Shown one piece after another: positions 53,595 to 63,151 of a DNA stretch of 64,000 nucleotides. The notes under the pieces are model-generated. The model was not told the origin of the DNA, did no database searches, and worked only from the letters and a program-made list of their open reading frames with translations. This DNA comes from Acidimicrobiales bacterium (GTDB lineage: Bacteria > Actinomycetota > Acidimicrobiia > Acidimicrobiales > Aldehydirespiratoraceae): positions 718,481 to 782,480 of the forward strand of contig OZ243946.1 of NCBI GenBank assembly GCA_965214285.1, written 5' to 3'. Position 1 is the stretch's first letter. Every line of letters begins with the position of its first letter. Made by a program: the position numbers and the translations under genes.

Positions 53595-55160
53595 TCAGTC
53601 GACCGCCACGTCGGCGAACTGCTCGCGCAGGATCCGCTTGAGGATCTTGCCGGTGGGGTTGCGCGGGATCGCGTCTGTGAACCGCACCGCCTTGGGCTGC
53701 TTGAACGGCGCCAGCCTGCCTTTGGTGTGGGCCAGCACCGCCTCCGCGGTCACGGACTCCTCGGCGCGCACCACCACGGCCAGCGGCGACTCCCCCCAGC
53801 GGGCCGAGTCCACGCCGATCACGGCGACCTCGGTCACGCCGTCGAGCGACAGGATCACGTTCTCGATCTCCGCGGGATACACGTTCTCGCCGCCGGAGAT
53901 GATCATGTCCTTCACCCGGTCCTGGATGTAGACGAAGCCGTCGTCGTCCATCACGGCGATGTCGCCGGTGTGCAGCCAGCCGTCCACGATCGTCGAGGCG
54001 GTGTCGTCGGGGCGGTTCCAGTAGCCCAGCATGATGTTGGGGCCTCTCAAGAGCACCTCGCCGGGCTCGCCGCGGGGCACCTCGGCGCCGTCGCTGTCCA
54101 CGATGCGCACGTCGCCGAAGAAGAACGCCTTGCCGGTCGAGCCAGCCCGCTCCAGGGCGTCGCCGGGCGAGATCAGACAGCCCGGCCCGCCCGACTCGGT
54201 GAGCCCGTAGACCTGATGGACCTCGATCCCCATCGACTCGTAGGTCTTGATGAGCGTCTCGGGGACCGGCGCAGCGCCGCTCATCACCCAGCGCAGCGAC
54301 GAGTGGTCGTGGCTGGCGGCGTCGTAGGTGAGCAGCATGAACTGCAGCATGGCGGGCACCGCCAGGGTGACGGTGATGCGCTCCTCGCCGAAGATCTCCC
54401 AGATGCGCACCGGGTCGAACTCGCTCATGATCACCGCCGTGCCGCCCAGGAACAGCACGGTGAGCAGCGGGTTGAGCGCCCCCACGTGGAACATCGGCAG
54501 GCAGATCAGGTAGCGGTCGTTCCAGCGCACATCGGCGGTGGCGGTGGCCGTGAGCAGCGACCACATGGCGGTGTTGTGGCTGTGCATCACGCCCTTGGGA
54601 AGGCCGGTGGTGCCCGACGTGTAGAGGATGAACAGCAGGTCGTCGTCGCCTGCGACGATCTCTGGCTCGGAGTCCTCCGCTGCGGCCAGGGCGTCGGAGT
54701 AGCCCTCGGCGAAGTCGGGCCGCTCCGAGGGATCGCCCACGTGGATCCAGCGGTCGATCTGGGCGCCGATGTCTCCGCGGGCCTGCAGTTCGCCGATGAC
54801 CTCGTTGAAGGCGCTGCCGAAGACCATCACCGTGGCGCCGGAGTCGTCGAGGATGAACGACAGCTCGTCGGCCACGAGCCGCCAGTTGAGGGCGACGATC
54901 ACCCCGCCGGCCTTGGCCGCGCCCAGGAAGGTCTCGACGAACTCGGGGCCGTTCATCAGCAGGGTGGCCACACGGTCGCCCGCTTCGAGGCCGCCGTCTG
55001 CGAGCGCCCGGGCGGCCCGGTTGACGCGGGCGTTCAGCTCGGGGTAGCTGAGCCGGGTGCCGCTGGTGACGTCGTAGATCGCCTCGGTGCGGGGGTTGAG
55101 CAGGGCTCTCTTGGCGAGGAAGCCCCCGATGTTGTTGCGCATGCTGCTGTCGTTGTGCAT
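53595..55160 (-). CDS. AMP-dependent synthetase/ligase (fatty-acyl-CoA synthetase-like)
   Basis: YTSGTTGLPKGVMHSH AMP-binding motif. Start re-set to MHNDSSMRNN; the track ORF 53595..55643 is over-extended. Confidence 0.8.
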   Translation of the reverse strand: MHNDSSMRNNIGGFLAKRALLNPRTEAIYDVTSGTRLSYPELNARVNRAARALADGGLEAGDRVATLLMNGPEFVETFLGAAKAGGVIVALNWRLVADELSFILDDSGATVMVFGSAFNEVIGELQARGDIGAQIDRWIHVGDPSERPDFAEGYSDALAAAEDSEPEIVAGDDDLLFILYTSGTTGLPKGVMHSHNTAMWSLLTATATADVRWNDRYLICLPMFHVGALNPLLTVLFLGGTAVIMSEFDPVRIWEIFGEERITVTLAVPAMLQFMLLTYDAASHDHSSLRWVMSGAAPVPETLIKTYESMGIEVHQVYGLTESGGPGCLISPGDALERAGSTGKAFFFGDVRIVDSDGAEVPRGEPGEVLLRGPNIMLGYWNRPDDTASTIVDGWLHTGDIAVMDDDGFVYIQDRVKDMIISGGENVYPAEIENVILSLDGVTEVAVIGVDSARWGESPLAVVVRAEESVTAEAVLAHTKGRLAPFKQPKAVRFTDAIPRNPTGKILKRILREQFADVAVD

Positions 55161-55189
55161 GCCGCGGATGCTAGACCCTGGCTGCGCCC

Positions 55190-56311
55190 CTAGAGCTTGC
55201 CGAGCATGCGCTCGGCGAACTCGAAGGTGTGGCGCGGGCTGACCATGGCGTGCTGCGAGCCGGCGTGCAGGTCGCGATAGCAGCGCTGGAACGGGCTGTC
55301 GCGCAGGGCCGCGGTGCCGATGTGCAGATACAGGGCCTGCAGCGCCCGGATGCCCTGCTGGTGCAGGAAGGTCGTGGCCTGGCGTGCTTCGCCCTCGATC
55401 ACCGGGTCCGCCGGCTTGCCTGCGAGCACCCGCTGCTCGGCGCGCTCGAAGGCGTCTCTGATCCAGCCCTCGCCCGAGCGCAGCACGGACTCGGCCATTG
55501 CCAGGTCGTACTGGAACCGCGGGTCGTCGCTCAGCTCGCTGCTGCCGGTCATCCGCCGCCGGCCGGCCAGCGCCGCGGCCTCGTCGATGGCGCGGCGCAT
55601 CACGCCCATGCACCAGCCTGCATGGCCGACCTCGGTGAGGCACAGCACGCCGAGGTCATACATCGGCCCGCCGCGGTGACGGGTGAAGCCGCCGAAGCTG
55701 AAGGTGCGCTCGGCGGGCACCACGCTGTCGATCGTGTAGTCATACGACGCCGTGCTGCGCAGTCCCAGCACGTCCCAGTTGCCGGTCACGGCCACCTCGC
55801 CTTTGGGCACCACGGCGAAGATGTAGTCGGCGTCCGCGCCGTCGGGCGGCTGGGTGAACGACCCGCAGCCGACCCACTCGGCGTTGTTGATGCCCGAGCC
55901 GAAGCTGTAGTCGCCGTTGATCTGATAGGCGCCGCCGTCGGCGGACGGCACGGCGATGCCGTTGGGGGCGAACTGGCCGGCCACGATCGGCACCCGTTGG
56001 CCTGAGAACATCACGTCGGTGAACTCCTCGGGGCAGTACGAGCCGAAATAGCAGGCCGCGGACGACGCCGCCATCACTACCCAGCCGGTCGAGCCGTCGG
56101 CGCGGGCCAGCTCGCTGAAGACGTCGAGCGAGTCGGCGATGCAGTACTCGGCGCCGCCGACGTCGCGGGGGATCATGGTGCCGTACAGCCCGGCGGCGTG
56201 GCAGGCCTCCACTGCCTTGTCGGTCATCGGCAGGTTCTCGGCCTCGGCGCGGCTGCCTTCGGCGTCGAGCACCGGCGCCAGGTCGCGGGCGGCGTCGAGC
56301 AGTTCGGTCAT
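55190..56311 (-). CDS. Acyl-CoA dehydrogenase family protein
   Basis: ACAD-like N-terminus MTELLDAARDLAPVLDAEGSRAE and a C-terminal helical domain. Confidence 0.65.
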   Translation of the reverse strand: MTELLDAARDLAPVLDAEGSRAEAENLPMTDKAVEACHAAGLYGTMIPRDVGGAEYCIADSLDVFSELARADGSTGWVVMAASSAACYFGSYCPEEFTDVMFSGQRVPIVAGQFAPNGIAVPSADGGAYQINGDYSFGSGINNAEWVGCGSFTQPPDGADADYIFAVVPKGEVAVTGNWDVLGLRSTASYDYTIDSVVPAERTFSFGGFTRHRGGPMYDLGVLCLTEVGHAGWCMGVMRRAIDEAAALAGRRRMTGSSELSDDPRFQYDLAMAESVLRSGEGWIRDAFERAEQRVLAGKPADPVIEGEARQATTFLHQQGIRALQALYLHIGTAALRDSPFQRCYRDLHAGSQHAMVSPRHTFEFAERMLGKL

Positions 56312-56516
56312 CCCGCGATGATGGCCGGCGCGCCCTGCTGCCATCAACTCGGACGCACCGCCCCGGCTGCGCCTGCTCGACCGTCGCGGTTCGGCTTGCG
56401 CCCTCCACCCTCGCCCGCCCGGCTGCCTTGCTCGGTCTGCGTGCTCCGGCCCGCTCGGCCTGCGCGGCCTGCTCGGCTTCGGGCTGGTCGGCCGGCGCCG
56501 TTAGCTTGGCTCACCC

Positions 56517-57983
56517 GTGAGCCCTGAATCGCTGCCGGTCGTGGTCGGCGCTGCGACCGTCACCCGAGAGCCGCAGCAGCCCGACGAGGCCGCGGACTGC
56601 GCCGAGCTGCTCTGCGCCGCAGCGGCCGCAGCCATCGACGACAGCGGCGCGCCGGGACTCGCCGCATCGGTCGACGAGGTGCTCGTCACCCGCGGCCTGG
56701 CCCGCCTCGACGACGGCGCAGGACGCATAGCCGCGGCCATCGGCGCGCCAGGGGCCGCGACCGTCGCCTACGAGCCGGGCATCCCTCAGCAGACGCCGAT
56801 CAACCGGGCGATCCAGGCGGTGCGCTCCGGCGCGGCGCGGGCGGTGCTGGTGGCCGGGGCGGAGGCCAAGCGCAGCGACGACCTGGCCCGCCGAGCCGGC
56901 ATCGAAGCGCCGCCGCGCTCGCCGTTCGCCGGGGAAGCGGACCGGCTGATCGCCCCCGAGGGCGAGATCGTCGCCCGAGCCGAGGTCGCCGCGGGCGCAG
57001 TGTCGCCGGTGATGCAGTACGCCATGATCGACAGCGCCCGCCGGGCGACGCTGGGCTTGTCGCTGGATGCCCACCGCGACGACATCGCCTCGCTGTGGGC
57101 CGGCTTCAACGCCGTCGCCCGGCACAACCCCGAAGCGGCCTTCCCGGCGCCGCTGAGCGCGGCGCAGATCCGAGAGCCGTCGCCTGCCAACCGCCTGCTG
57201 GCGTTCCCCTACAACAAGTGGCACAGCACGCAGTGGTCCGTCGACCAGGCCGCCGCCTTCGTGATCGTCTCCACGGAGCTGGCCGACGAACTCGGCATCG
57301 ACGCCGAGCGGCGGGTGTTTCCCTGGGTCGGGCTGGAGTCGTCGCATCAGGTGTCGCTGAGCCGCCGGGCCTTGCTGCACCGCTGGCCGGCAATGGGCGT
57401 GCTGGGCACCGCTGCCGAGCGGCACCTGGGCCGGTCGCTGGACTCGCTTGAGCACAGCGAGCTCTACTCGTGCTTCCCGGCCGCGGTTCGGGTGCAACAG
57501 GCCGAGCTGGGCCTCGACCCGCAGCGCCCGCCGACGATCACCGGCGGCATGGCCTTCGCAGGCGGGCCGCTCAACAGCTTCGTGTTCCAGGCGACGGTGG
57601 CGATGATTGCGCGGCTGCGCGCCGAGCCGGGCTCTGTCGGCATGGTGAGCGCCGTCAGCGGGTTCCTGACCAAGCCGGGGCTGAGCGTGTGGAGCGCGGC
57701 TGCACCCGAGCGCCCGCCGCTGGTGGCCGACCTGCGCGACGAGGCCGCCGCTGCCACCGGCACAGTCGATGTCGACCCCGATGCCGACGGCGAGGGCGTG
57801 ATCGCGGCCTGCACGGTGGTCCCGGTGGACGGCGAGCCGCTGCGGGTGGTCGCCATCGTCGATCTCGACGACGGCTGCCGTGCTGTCGCAGCCGCAGACG
57901 ACGGCAGCCTCGCCGCGCAGGCGATGCGAGAGGAGCTGATCGGCGCCCGAGTCGGAGTGAAAGCCCAGGCGCTGCTGCCCTAG
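56517..57983 (+). CDS. Thiolase-like superfamily protein (function uncertain)
   Basis: Ala/Gly-rich thiolase-like segments LVAGAEAK and GMVSAVSGFLTKPG. No clean catalytic-Cys motif was seen. Confidence 0.4.
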   Translation: MSPESLPVVVGAATVTREPQQPDEAADCAELLCAAAAAAIDDSGAPGLAASVDEVLVTRGLARLDDGAGRIAAAIGAPGAATVAYEPGIPQQTPINRAIQAVRSGAARAVLVAGAEAKRSDDLARRAGIEAPPRSPFAGEADRLIAPEGEIVARAEVAAGAVSPVMQYAMIDSARRATLGLSLDAHRDDIASLWAGFNAVARHNPEAAFPAPLSAAQIREPSPANRLLAFPYNKWHSTQWSVDQAAAFVIVSTELADELGIDAERRVFPWVGLESSHQVSLSRRALLHRWPAMGVLGTAAERHLGRSLDSLEHSELYSCFPAAVRVQQAELGLDPQRPPTITGGMAFAGGPLNSFVFQATVAMIARLRAEPGSVGMVSAVSGFLTKPGLSVWSAAAPERPPLVADLRDEAAAATGTVDVDPDADGEGVIAACTVVPVDGEPLRVVAIVDLDDGCRAVAAADDGSLAAQAMREELIGARVGVKAQALLP

Positions 57984-58014
57984 CCCGCCCGCCGGCTCAG
58001 GCGAGGCGCGGCTG

Positions 58015-58644
58015 TCAGGTGAGGCCGAGCTCGGCGATCCGCTCCAGCACCCGCGGGCGCTCGTCGCCGATCAGGGTGGTGTCGCCGTGGCCGGTGTGTA
58101 CCACGGTGTGGTCCGGCAGGCTCAGCAGCCGGTCCCGGATCGAGCGCAGGATCGTCGGCTCGTCGCTGAAGCTGCGCCCCGTGGCACCCGGCCCGCCGCA
58201 GAACAGCGTGTCGCCGCTCATCACCGCGCCCGTCTCGGAGTCGAAGAAACAGCAGCACCCCGGCGAGTGACCCGGCGTGTGGATCACCGCCAGCTCGTGG
58301 CCGCCGGCGCTCAGCACAGCGCCGGGCACCACGTCGGCATCCGGCGACGACTCGGGGTAGACCACGTCCCAGAGCATGCGGTCCTCGGGATGCAGCATCA
58401 CCGGGGCGTCCACCGCGTCGCGCAGGGCCGCCGCCGCGTTGATGTGGTCGTTGTGGCCATGGGTGAGCACGATGGCGGGCACCCGCCTGCCGTTCACCGC
58501 CTCGACGATCGGCCGATGGTCGTGGGCGGCGTCGAAGACCAGCACCTCGCGGTCGTCGCCGACCAGCCAGATGTTGTTGGTCACCTCCCACTCGCCGCCG
58601 TCGAGGGCGAAGATGCCGTCGGTTGTCACAAGCTCGATTGCCAT
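58015..58644 (-). CDS. MBL-fold metallo-hydrolase
   Basis: LTHGHNDH (HxHxDH) motif. Confidence 0.8.
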   Translation of the reverse strand: MAIELVTTDGIFALDGGEWEVTNNIWLVGDDREVLVFDAAHDHRPIVEAVNGRRVPAIVLTHGHNDHINAAAALRDAVDAPVMLHPEDRMLWDVVYPESSPDADVVPGAVLSAGGHELAVIHTPGHSPGCCCFFDSETGAVMSGDTLFCGGPGATGRSFSDEPTILRSIRDRLLSLPDHTVVHTGHGDTTLIGDERPRVLERIAELGLT

Positions 58645-58734
58645 GCGCTGCTTCTCGGGGCTCTGCGGGTTGCCAGGGTCTGCGGTTTCTCGGGATTGGA
58701 TGCGGACCGGTTCTGCGGGCGGGCAGGCGGGCGG

Positions 58735-59826
58735 TCAGCCGCCGACCATCACCACCGAGCGCAGCACCTCGCCGCGCTCCATCTTGTGGAAGGCCTCCTC
58801 CACGCCGTCGAGCGGGATCGTCTCGGAGACGAAGCCGTCGAGGTCGAGGCGGCCCTGCTGGTAGAGGTCGATCAGCATCGGGAAGTCGCGGCTCGGCAGG
58901 CAGTCGCCGTACCAGCTCGACTTGAGCGCCCCGCCGCGGCCGAACACCTCGATGAACGGCAGCTCGATGGTCATGTCGGGCCGGGGCACGCCCACCAGCA
59001 CCACGGTGCCTGCGAGGTCCCGGGCCTCGAAGCACTGCCGGTACACCTCCGGCAGCCCGATCGCCTCGATGGCCACGTCCACCCCGTTGCCGCCGGTGAT
59101 CTCCTGGATCCGGGCCACCGGGTCCTGTTGCGTGGAGTTGACGGTGTGCGTTGCGCCGAAGCCCCGCGCCCATTCGAGCTTGCGGTCGTCGATGTCGACG
59201 GCGACGATCACCGACGCCCCGGCCAGCTTCGAGCCGGCGATGGCTGCGTCTCCCACCCCGCCGCAGCCGAACACCGCCACCGAGTCGCCCCGGCCGACGC
59301 CGCCGGTGTTGATGGCCGCGCCGATGCCGGCCATCACGCCGCAGCCCAGCAGCCCCGCCGCCGCGGGCGAGGCAGTCGGGTCGACCTTGGTGCACTGGCC
59401 CGAGGCCACCAGCGTCTTCTCGGCGAAAGCGCCGATGCCCAGCGCCGGCGACAGCTCGGTGCCGTCCGCGAGGGTCATCTTCTGGGCGGCGTTGTGGGTG
59501 TCGAAGCAGATGTGGGGCTTGCCGCGCAGGCAGCTCCGGCACTGGCCGCACACGGCCCGCCAGTTGAGGATCACGAAGTCGCCGGGTGCCACGTCGGTCA
59601 CGCCGTCGCCGACGGACTCCACGATGCCGCTGGCCTCGTGGCCCAGCAGGAACGGGAACTCGTCGTTGATCCCGCCCTCGCGGTAGTGCAGGTCGGTGTG
59701 GCACACGCCGCACGCCTTGATCGCCACCACGGCCTCGCCCGGCCCGGGGTCGGGGACCACGATGTCGGCGACTTCCACCTCGGCGTCTTTGGCCATGGCC
59801 ACCACGCCCTTCACGGTCTGCGTCAT
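58735..59826 (-). CDS. Zn-dependent class III alcohol dehydrogenase / S-(hydroxymethyl)mycothiol dehydrogenase-like
   Basis: [10 protein letters not shown]...[12 protein letters not shown] zinc ligands, [15 protein letters not shown] site and structural-zinc cysteines [15 protein letters not shown]. Confidence 0.8.
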   Translation of the reverse strand: MTQTVKGVVAMAKDAEVEVADIVVPDPGPGEAVVAIKACGVCHTDLHYREGGINDEFPFLLGHEASGIVESVGDGVTDVAPGDFVILNWRAVCGQCRSCLRGKPHICFDTHNAAQKMTLADGTELSPALGIGAFAEKTLVASGQCTKVDPTASPAAAGLLGCGVMAGIGAAINTGGVGRGDSVAVFGCGGVGDAAIAGSKLAGASVIVAVDIDDRKLEWARGFGATHTVNSTQQDPVARIQEITGGNGVDVAIEAIGLPEVYRQCFEARDLAGTVVLVGVPRPDMTIELPFIEVFGRGGALKSSWYGDCLPSRDFPMLIDLYQQGRLDLDGFVSETIPLDGVEEAFHKMERGEVLRSVVMVGG

Positions 59827-60082
59827 TGCTGTTCCTCCTGTTGCCCTGCCTGTCGGCTGCTGTGTCTGCGGACTTCTGTGTCTGTCGGGACCGTCTCTTG
59901 CTCTGGCTGCCGCGGCGTTGCGCGAGCGCCGACCACGACACTAGTTGCAGCCCGCCCTGCGCGCCCATGCCGACCCCGCTGCCGGTGCCGTCCTCCACAA
60001 CGACCACCAGCGGTCGACGCCGAGAGCGCCTCGGCGGGTGCCCGATGCGGCGATTCGGGCGGCGGGCTGCAAGGATGCGGGC

Positions 60083-60950
60083 CATGAAGTTCGGAATCGG
60101 ATTCGCCAACACCATGCACTTCGCCACCGGCCCCGGCGCCCTGGAGCTGGGCCGTGCCGCCGAGGCAGCGGGCTTCGAGTCGCTGTGGACCGTCGAGCAC
60201 ATCTTCTACCCCGAGGGCTACGAGTCGGTCTACCCCTATGCGCCCGACGGCAAGATGCCCGGCACCGGCGCCAACCCGATCCCCGACCCTCTCGTGTGGC
60301 TTGGCTACGTGGCCGCCGCCACGTCTGAGATCAACCTCGCCACAGGCATCTCGCTGCTGCCCGAGCGCCACCCGATCACCTTCGCCAAGGAGGTGGCCAC
60401 CGTCGACTCGCTGTCGGGCGGCAGGGTGATCCTGGGCATCGGCATCGGCTGGCTCCGCGAGGAGTTCGAGGCGCTGGGCGTGTCGTGGCCGCGCCGAGGC
60501 CCGCGCACCGAGGAGTACGCCGAGGTGATGCGCAGGCTCTGGGCCGACGACGACGTGGACTTCGACGGCGAGTTCGTCAGCTTCACCGGGGCGACCTCGA
60601 ACCCCAAGCCCGTCGACGGCCGGGTGCCGATCCACATCGGCGGGCACAGCACCGCCGCGGCGAAGCGGGCGGGTCGCATGGGCGACGGCTTCTGGCCAGC
60701 GGGCGGCGATCTCGCCGAGCTGTTCGACATCGCCCGCCAGAGTGCCGCGGACCACGACCGCGATCCCGAGGCGATCGAGTTCACCGGCCAGCACCTGGGG
60801 ATCTTCGGCGACGACCCCGCCGCTGCGGTCGAGGAGGCTGAGTCGTGGGGCTGTGATCGCCTGATCGTGCCGTCGTTCCTGTTCCGCAAGGACGCCCCCG
60901 CTCAGATCGCCGAGTTCGGCGAGGCCGTCGTCAGCCAGTCCCCCGCCTGA
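60083..60950 (+). CDS. LLM-class F420-dependent oxidoreductase (luciferase-like)
   Basis: MKFGIGFANTMHFA...LWTVEHIF is typical of LLM-family Rv1855c-type enzymes. Confidence 0.75.
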
Positions 60951-61333
60951 GCCCTCAGCAGAACCCCGCCTGAACCCCCGGCAGAGCCCCAGACCGAGCC
61001 CTCAGCAGGCCGGCAGTTCCCCGCCTGAGCCCCCGACAGTGCCCCTGTGGGGGTTCACGGCATCGGAAAGGGATGTGTCAGGGCATCGTCAACCACAAGG
61101 GCGGCAATGGTGGGCGGTGCGGAAGCGTCGTGGGCTTGTCGGTTGTCCTCGCGAGACGGTTGTCGGGCTGAGGCGGACCCTCGCCGGTGGGGGCCTCGGC
61201 TGCGCGGCGGAGGCATCCGCGGTGTGCGCCCGGTCCGGCTGGGCGTGCGGCAGCGGTCCTGGTTGTCGGGGCGTGCGCCAATCACGTCCGGCGATCCGAA
61301 CAGCCATAGAGAGTGTCACACCCCGTGCTTAGG

Positions 61334-61561
61334 GTCTGTCTGATGCGAGATCTGTTGATTCCGTCTGGGGCTTCGGCGTTCGGCATGGCGGCTCCGGCCG
61401 TTGGTCTGGCCGGTGCGGCCGGGGGTTTGGCCGGTTTGGGCGACGGCGCGGCCGCAGGCCCTGCCGCAGCATTCGGAAGGCTTGATGCAGACCAATCTTC
61501 AGCAGATGTCATGGACAGGTGTTGCAAGTGTCACAGTACGCCGATAGGGTGTGCAGCATGA
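61334..61561 (+). pseudogene. Degenerate extra DUF222 N-terminal repeat unit (72-aa ORF MRDLLIPSGASAF...), out of frame with the next unit (ATGA overlap)
   Basis: Upstream motif agagtgtcacaccccgtgcttagggtc matches the repeat core at 117-180, 409-472 and 609-672. Confidence 0.4.
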
Positions 61562-61832
61562 ACGCTCTCTCGAACCCGTCCGAGGCTTCGGCCCTCGATC
61601 CCACCGGCCCAGCGGCTGATCCGGCCGCCCCGGCCCGCGACTCGGCTGGCCCGGCCGCTGATCCGGCGGGTGCGGCTGGCGGTCGAGCCGGTGACGCCCC
61701 GGGCCTTACCCTGCCTGCCGACGGCACTGCCGGCGGTCGGACTAGTGGGGCTGCTGGTGCGGCGGGTGCTGCTGGTGTGGCTGACGGGACCGATGCGGTG
61801 GCGTTGTTTGGCCGGGCTGAGGCCCTGGTGCG
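61558..61832 (+). pseudogene. 5' part of a DUF222/REP13E12-family (HNH-endonuclease-associated) gene split by IS3 insertion
   Basis: MNALSNPSEASALDP...ALFGRAEALVR continues in frame after the IS at 63152 (EVRPGGRSLGELRAAAGAAKS...). Confidence 0.6.
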
Positions 61833-61892
61833 TGTCCTGGGTCAAGATTTGTGGCACAGGTTCTGGTTTGGGTCTGAGACAAGGAGTGTCTG

Positions 61893-62207
61893 ATGTCGAA
61901 GTCGTCGAAGAAGTCTGTGGAGGAGAAGCTGACTGCGGTGTTGTCGGTGCTGCGCGGGGAGCTGTCCGCGGCGGAGGCGGGCCGCAGGGTGGGGGTGTCT
62001 GAGCAGACGGTGCGCAACTGGCGGCGGGTGTTTTTGGAGTCGGGCCGGGAGGGCCTGGAGCGGGGGCAGGGTCGCCGGTCGTCTCGGGAGCTGGAGCTGG
62101 AGGCCGAGAACGAGGAGCTGAAGGCGGCTCTGGGGGAGGCTCATGTGCAGATGAGGGTCCTAAAAAAGGGGGCGCTGTTGCTGCCCCGTTCGAGGAGCTC
62201 GAGATGA
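61893..62207 (+). CDS. IS3-family transposase OrfA (HTH)
   Basis: MSKSSKKSVEEKLTAVLSVLRGELSAAEAGRRVGVSEQTVRNWRR and a leucine-zipper-like ELELEAENEELKAAL. Confidence 0.85.
   Translation: MSKSSKKSVEEKLTAVLSVLRGELSAAEAGRRVGVSEQTVRNWRRVFLESGREGLERGQGRRSSRELELEAENEELKAALGEAHVQMRVLKKGALLLPRSRSSR
62162..62168 (+). promoter_or_regulatory. A AAA AAG programmed -1 ribosomal frameshift site for the OrfAB transposase
   Basis: taAAAAAAGgg is read in the sequence. orfB is in the -1 frame relative to orfA, with an ATGA overlap. Confidence 0.7.
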
Positions 62208-63142
62208 TCCGCGCCGACGGGGGGCTGAGCGTGTCGAGGTTCTGTGTGCTGGTGGGGGTGCCTCGGCGCAGCTACCAGCGCCGTCTGGCGCGTCTGCGGG
62301 CGGGGGACCCGCTGAAGGGCCCGTGGCCGGCGCCGGTGGTGGACCGCATCGAGCCGGTGGCGGCCAAGTACGCCCAGGCGTGGCCTGCCTGGGGCTATCG
62401 CAAGATCCATGCCATGGCCGCCGCTGACGGCGTCGACATCGGATCGGCGTCGTCGGTGAGGCGCGCCATGGCCCGCCGTGACCTGTTGCAGCCGGTGCGC
62501 CGCCAAGCCGAGCGCCGCCTGATCGCCGCCGGCCGGCGCCAGGCGTTCGCGGAGCCGCCGGGCCGCCGCAACCGCGTCTGGCAGGCGGACTTCACCGAGT
62601 TCGAGACCGCCGGCCAGGGCACCTGGCGGATCGCAGCCGTGCTCGACTACCACACCAAGCTCGCCCTGGCCTGCACCGTCACGACCACCAGCACCGCCGC
62701 AGACCTCATCGCCGCCCTCCAAGCCGCCGTCGACACAGCCGAGGCGCTGCTGGGCCGGTCCCTCGCCGAGGACTGCGCCGACCCCGACACCGGCGAGATC
62801 ACCCCGCTCACGATCGTCACCGACAACGGCCCCGCCATGAAATCGCACGCCCTCGCCCGCTGGATCGACGCCCGGCCCCAGCTCGCCCACGTGCGCACCC
62901 GCAACCGCTCCCCGCACACCAACGGCGTCGTCGAGCGCTGGTTCCAGACCCTCAAATACGACCACCTCTACCGCCACGACATCCCCTCCGGCATCGACCT
63001 CGCCGCCCACGCCGCTGAATTCACCGACCAATACAACACCATCCGCCCCCACGAACACCTCGGCCAGCAACCACCCATCCAAGCCCACCTACACCCGCCC
63101 ACCCGAAAACAAAACCCGCCCGAAACTGAGCCAAAAACTTGA
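62204..63142 (+). CDS. IS3-family transposase OrfB (rve integrase core, DDE)
   Basis: WQADFTEF...TDNGPAMKS...ERWFQTLKYDHLYRH. Confidence 0.85.
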   Translation: MIRADGGLSVSRFCVLVGVPRRSYQRRLARLRAGDPLKGPWPAPVVDRIEPVAAKYAQAWPAWGYRKIHAMAAADGVDIGSASSVRRAMARRDLLQPVRRQAERRLIAAGRRQAFAEPPGRRNRVWQADFTEFETAGQGTWRIAAVLDYHTKLALACTVTTTSTAADLIAALQAAVDTAEALLGRSLAEDCADPDTGEITPLTIVTDNGPAMKSHALARWIDARPQLAHVRTRNRSPHTNGVVERWFQTLKYDHLYRHDIPSGIDLAAHAAEFTDQYNTIRPHEHLGQQPPIQAHLHPPTRKQNPPETEPKT

Positions 63143-63151
63143 CCCAGAACA

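Larger units (their letters stand above)
61833..63151 (+). mobile_element. IS3-family insertion sequence (1,319 bp) with imperfect terminal inverted repeats TGTCCTGGGTCAAGATTTGTGGCACAG / TGTTCTGGGTCAAGTTTTTGGCTCAG(rc), flanked by a 4-bp TGCG target-site duplication
   Basis: TG...CA ends with ~24/26 matching IR positions. TGCG occurs at 61829-61832 and 63152-63155. Internal orfA/orfB carry an A6G slippery site. Confidence 0.8.
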
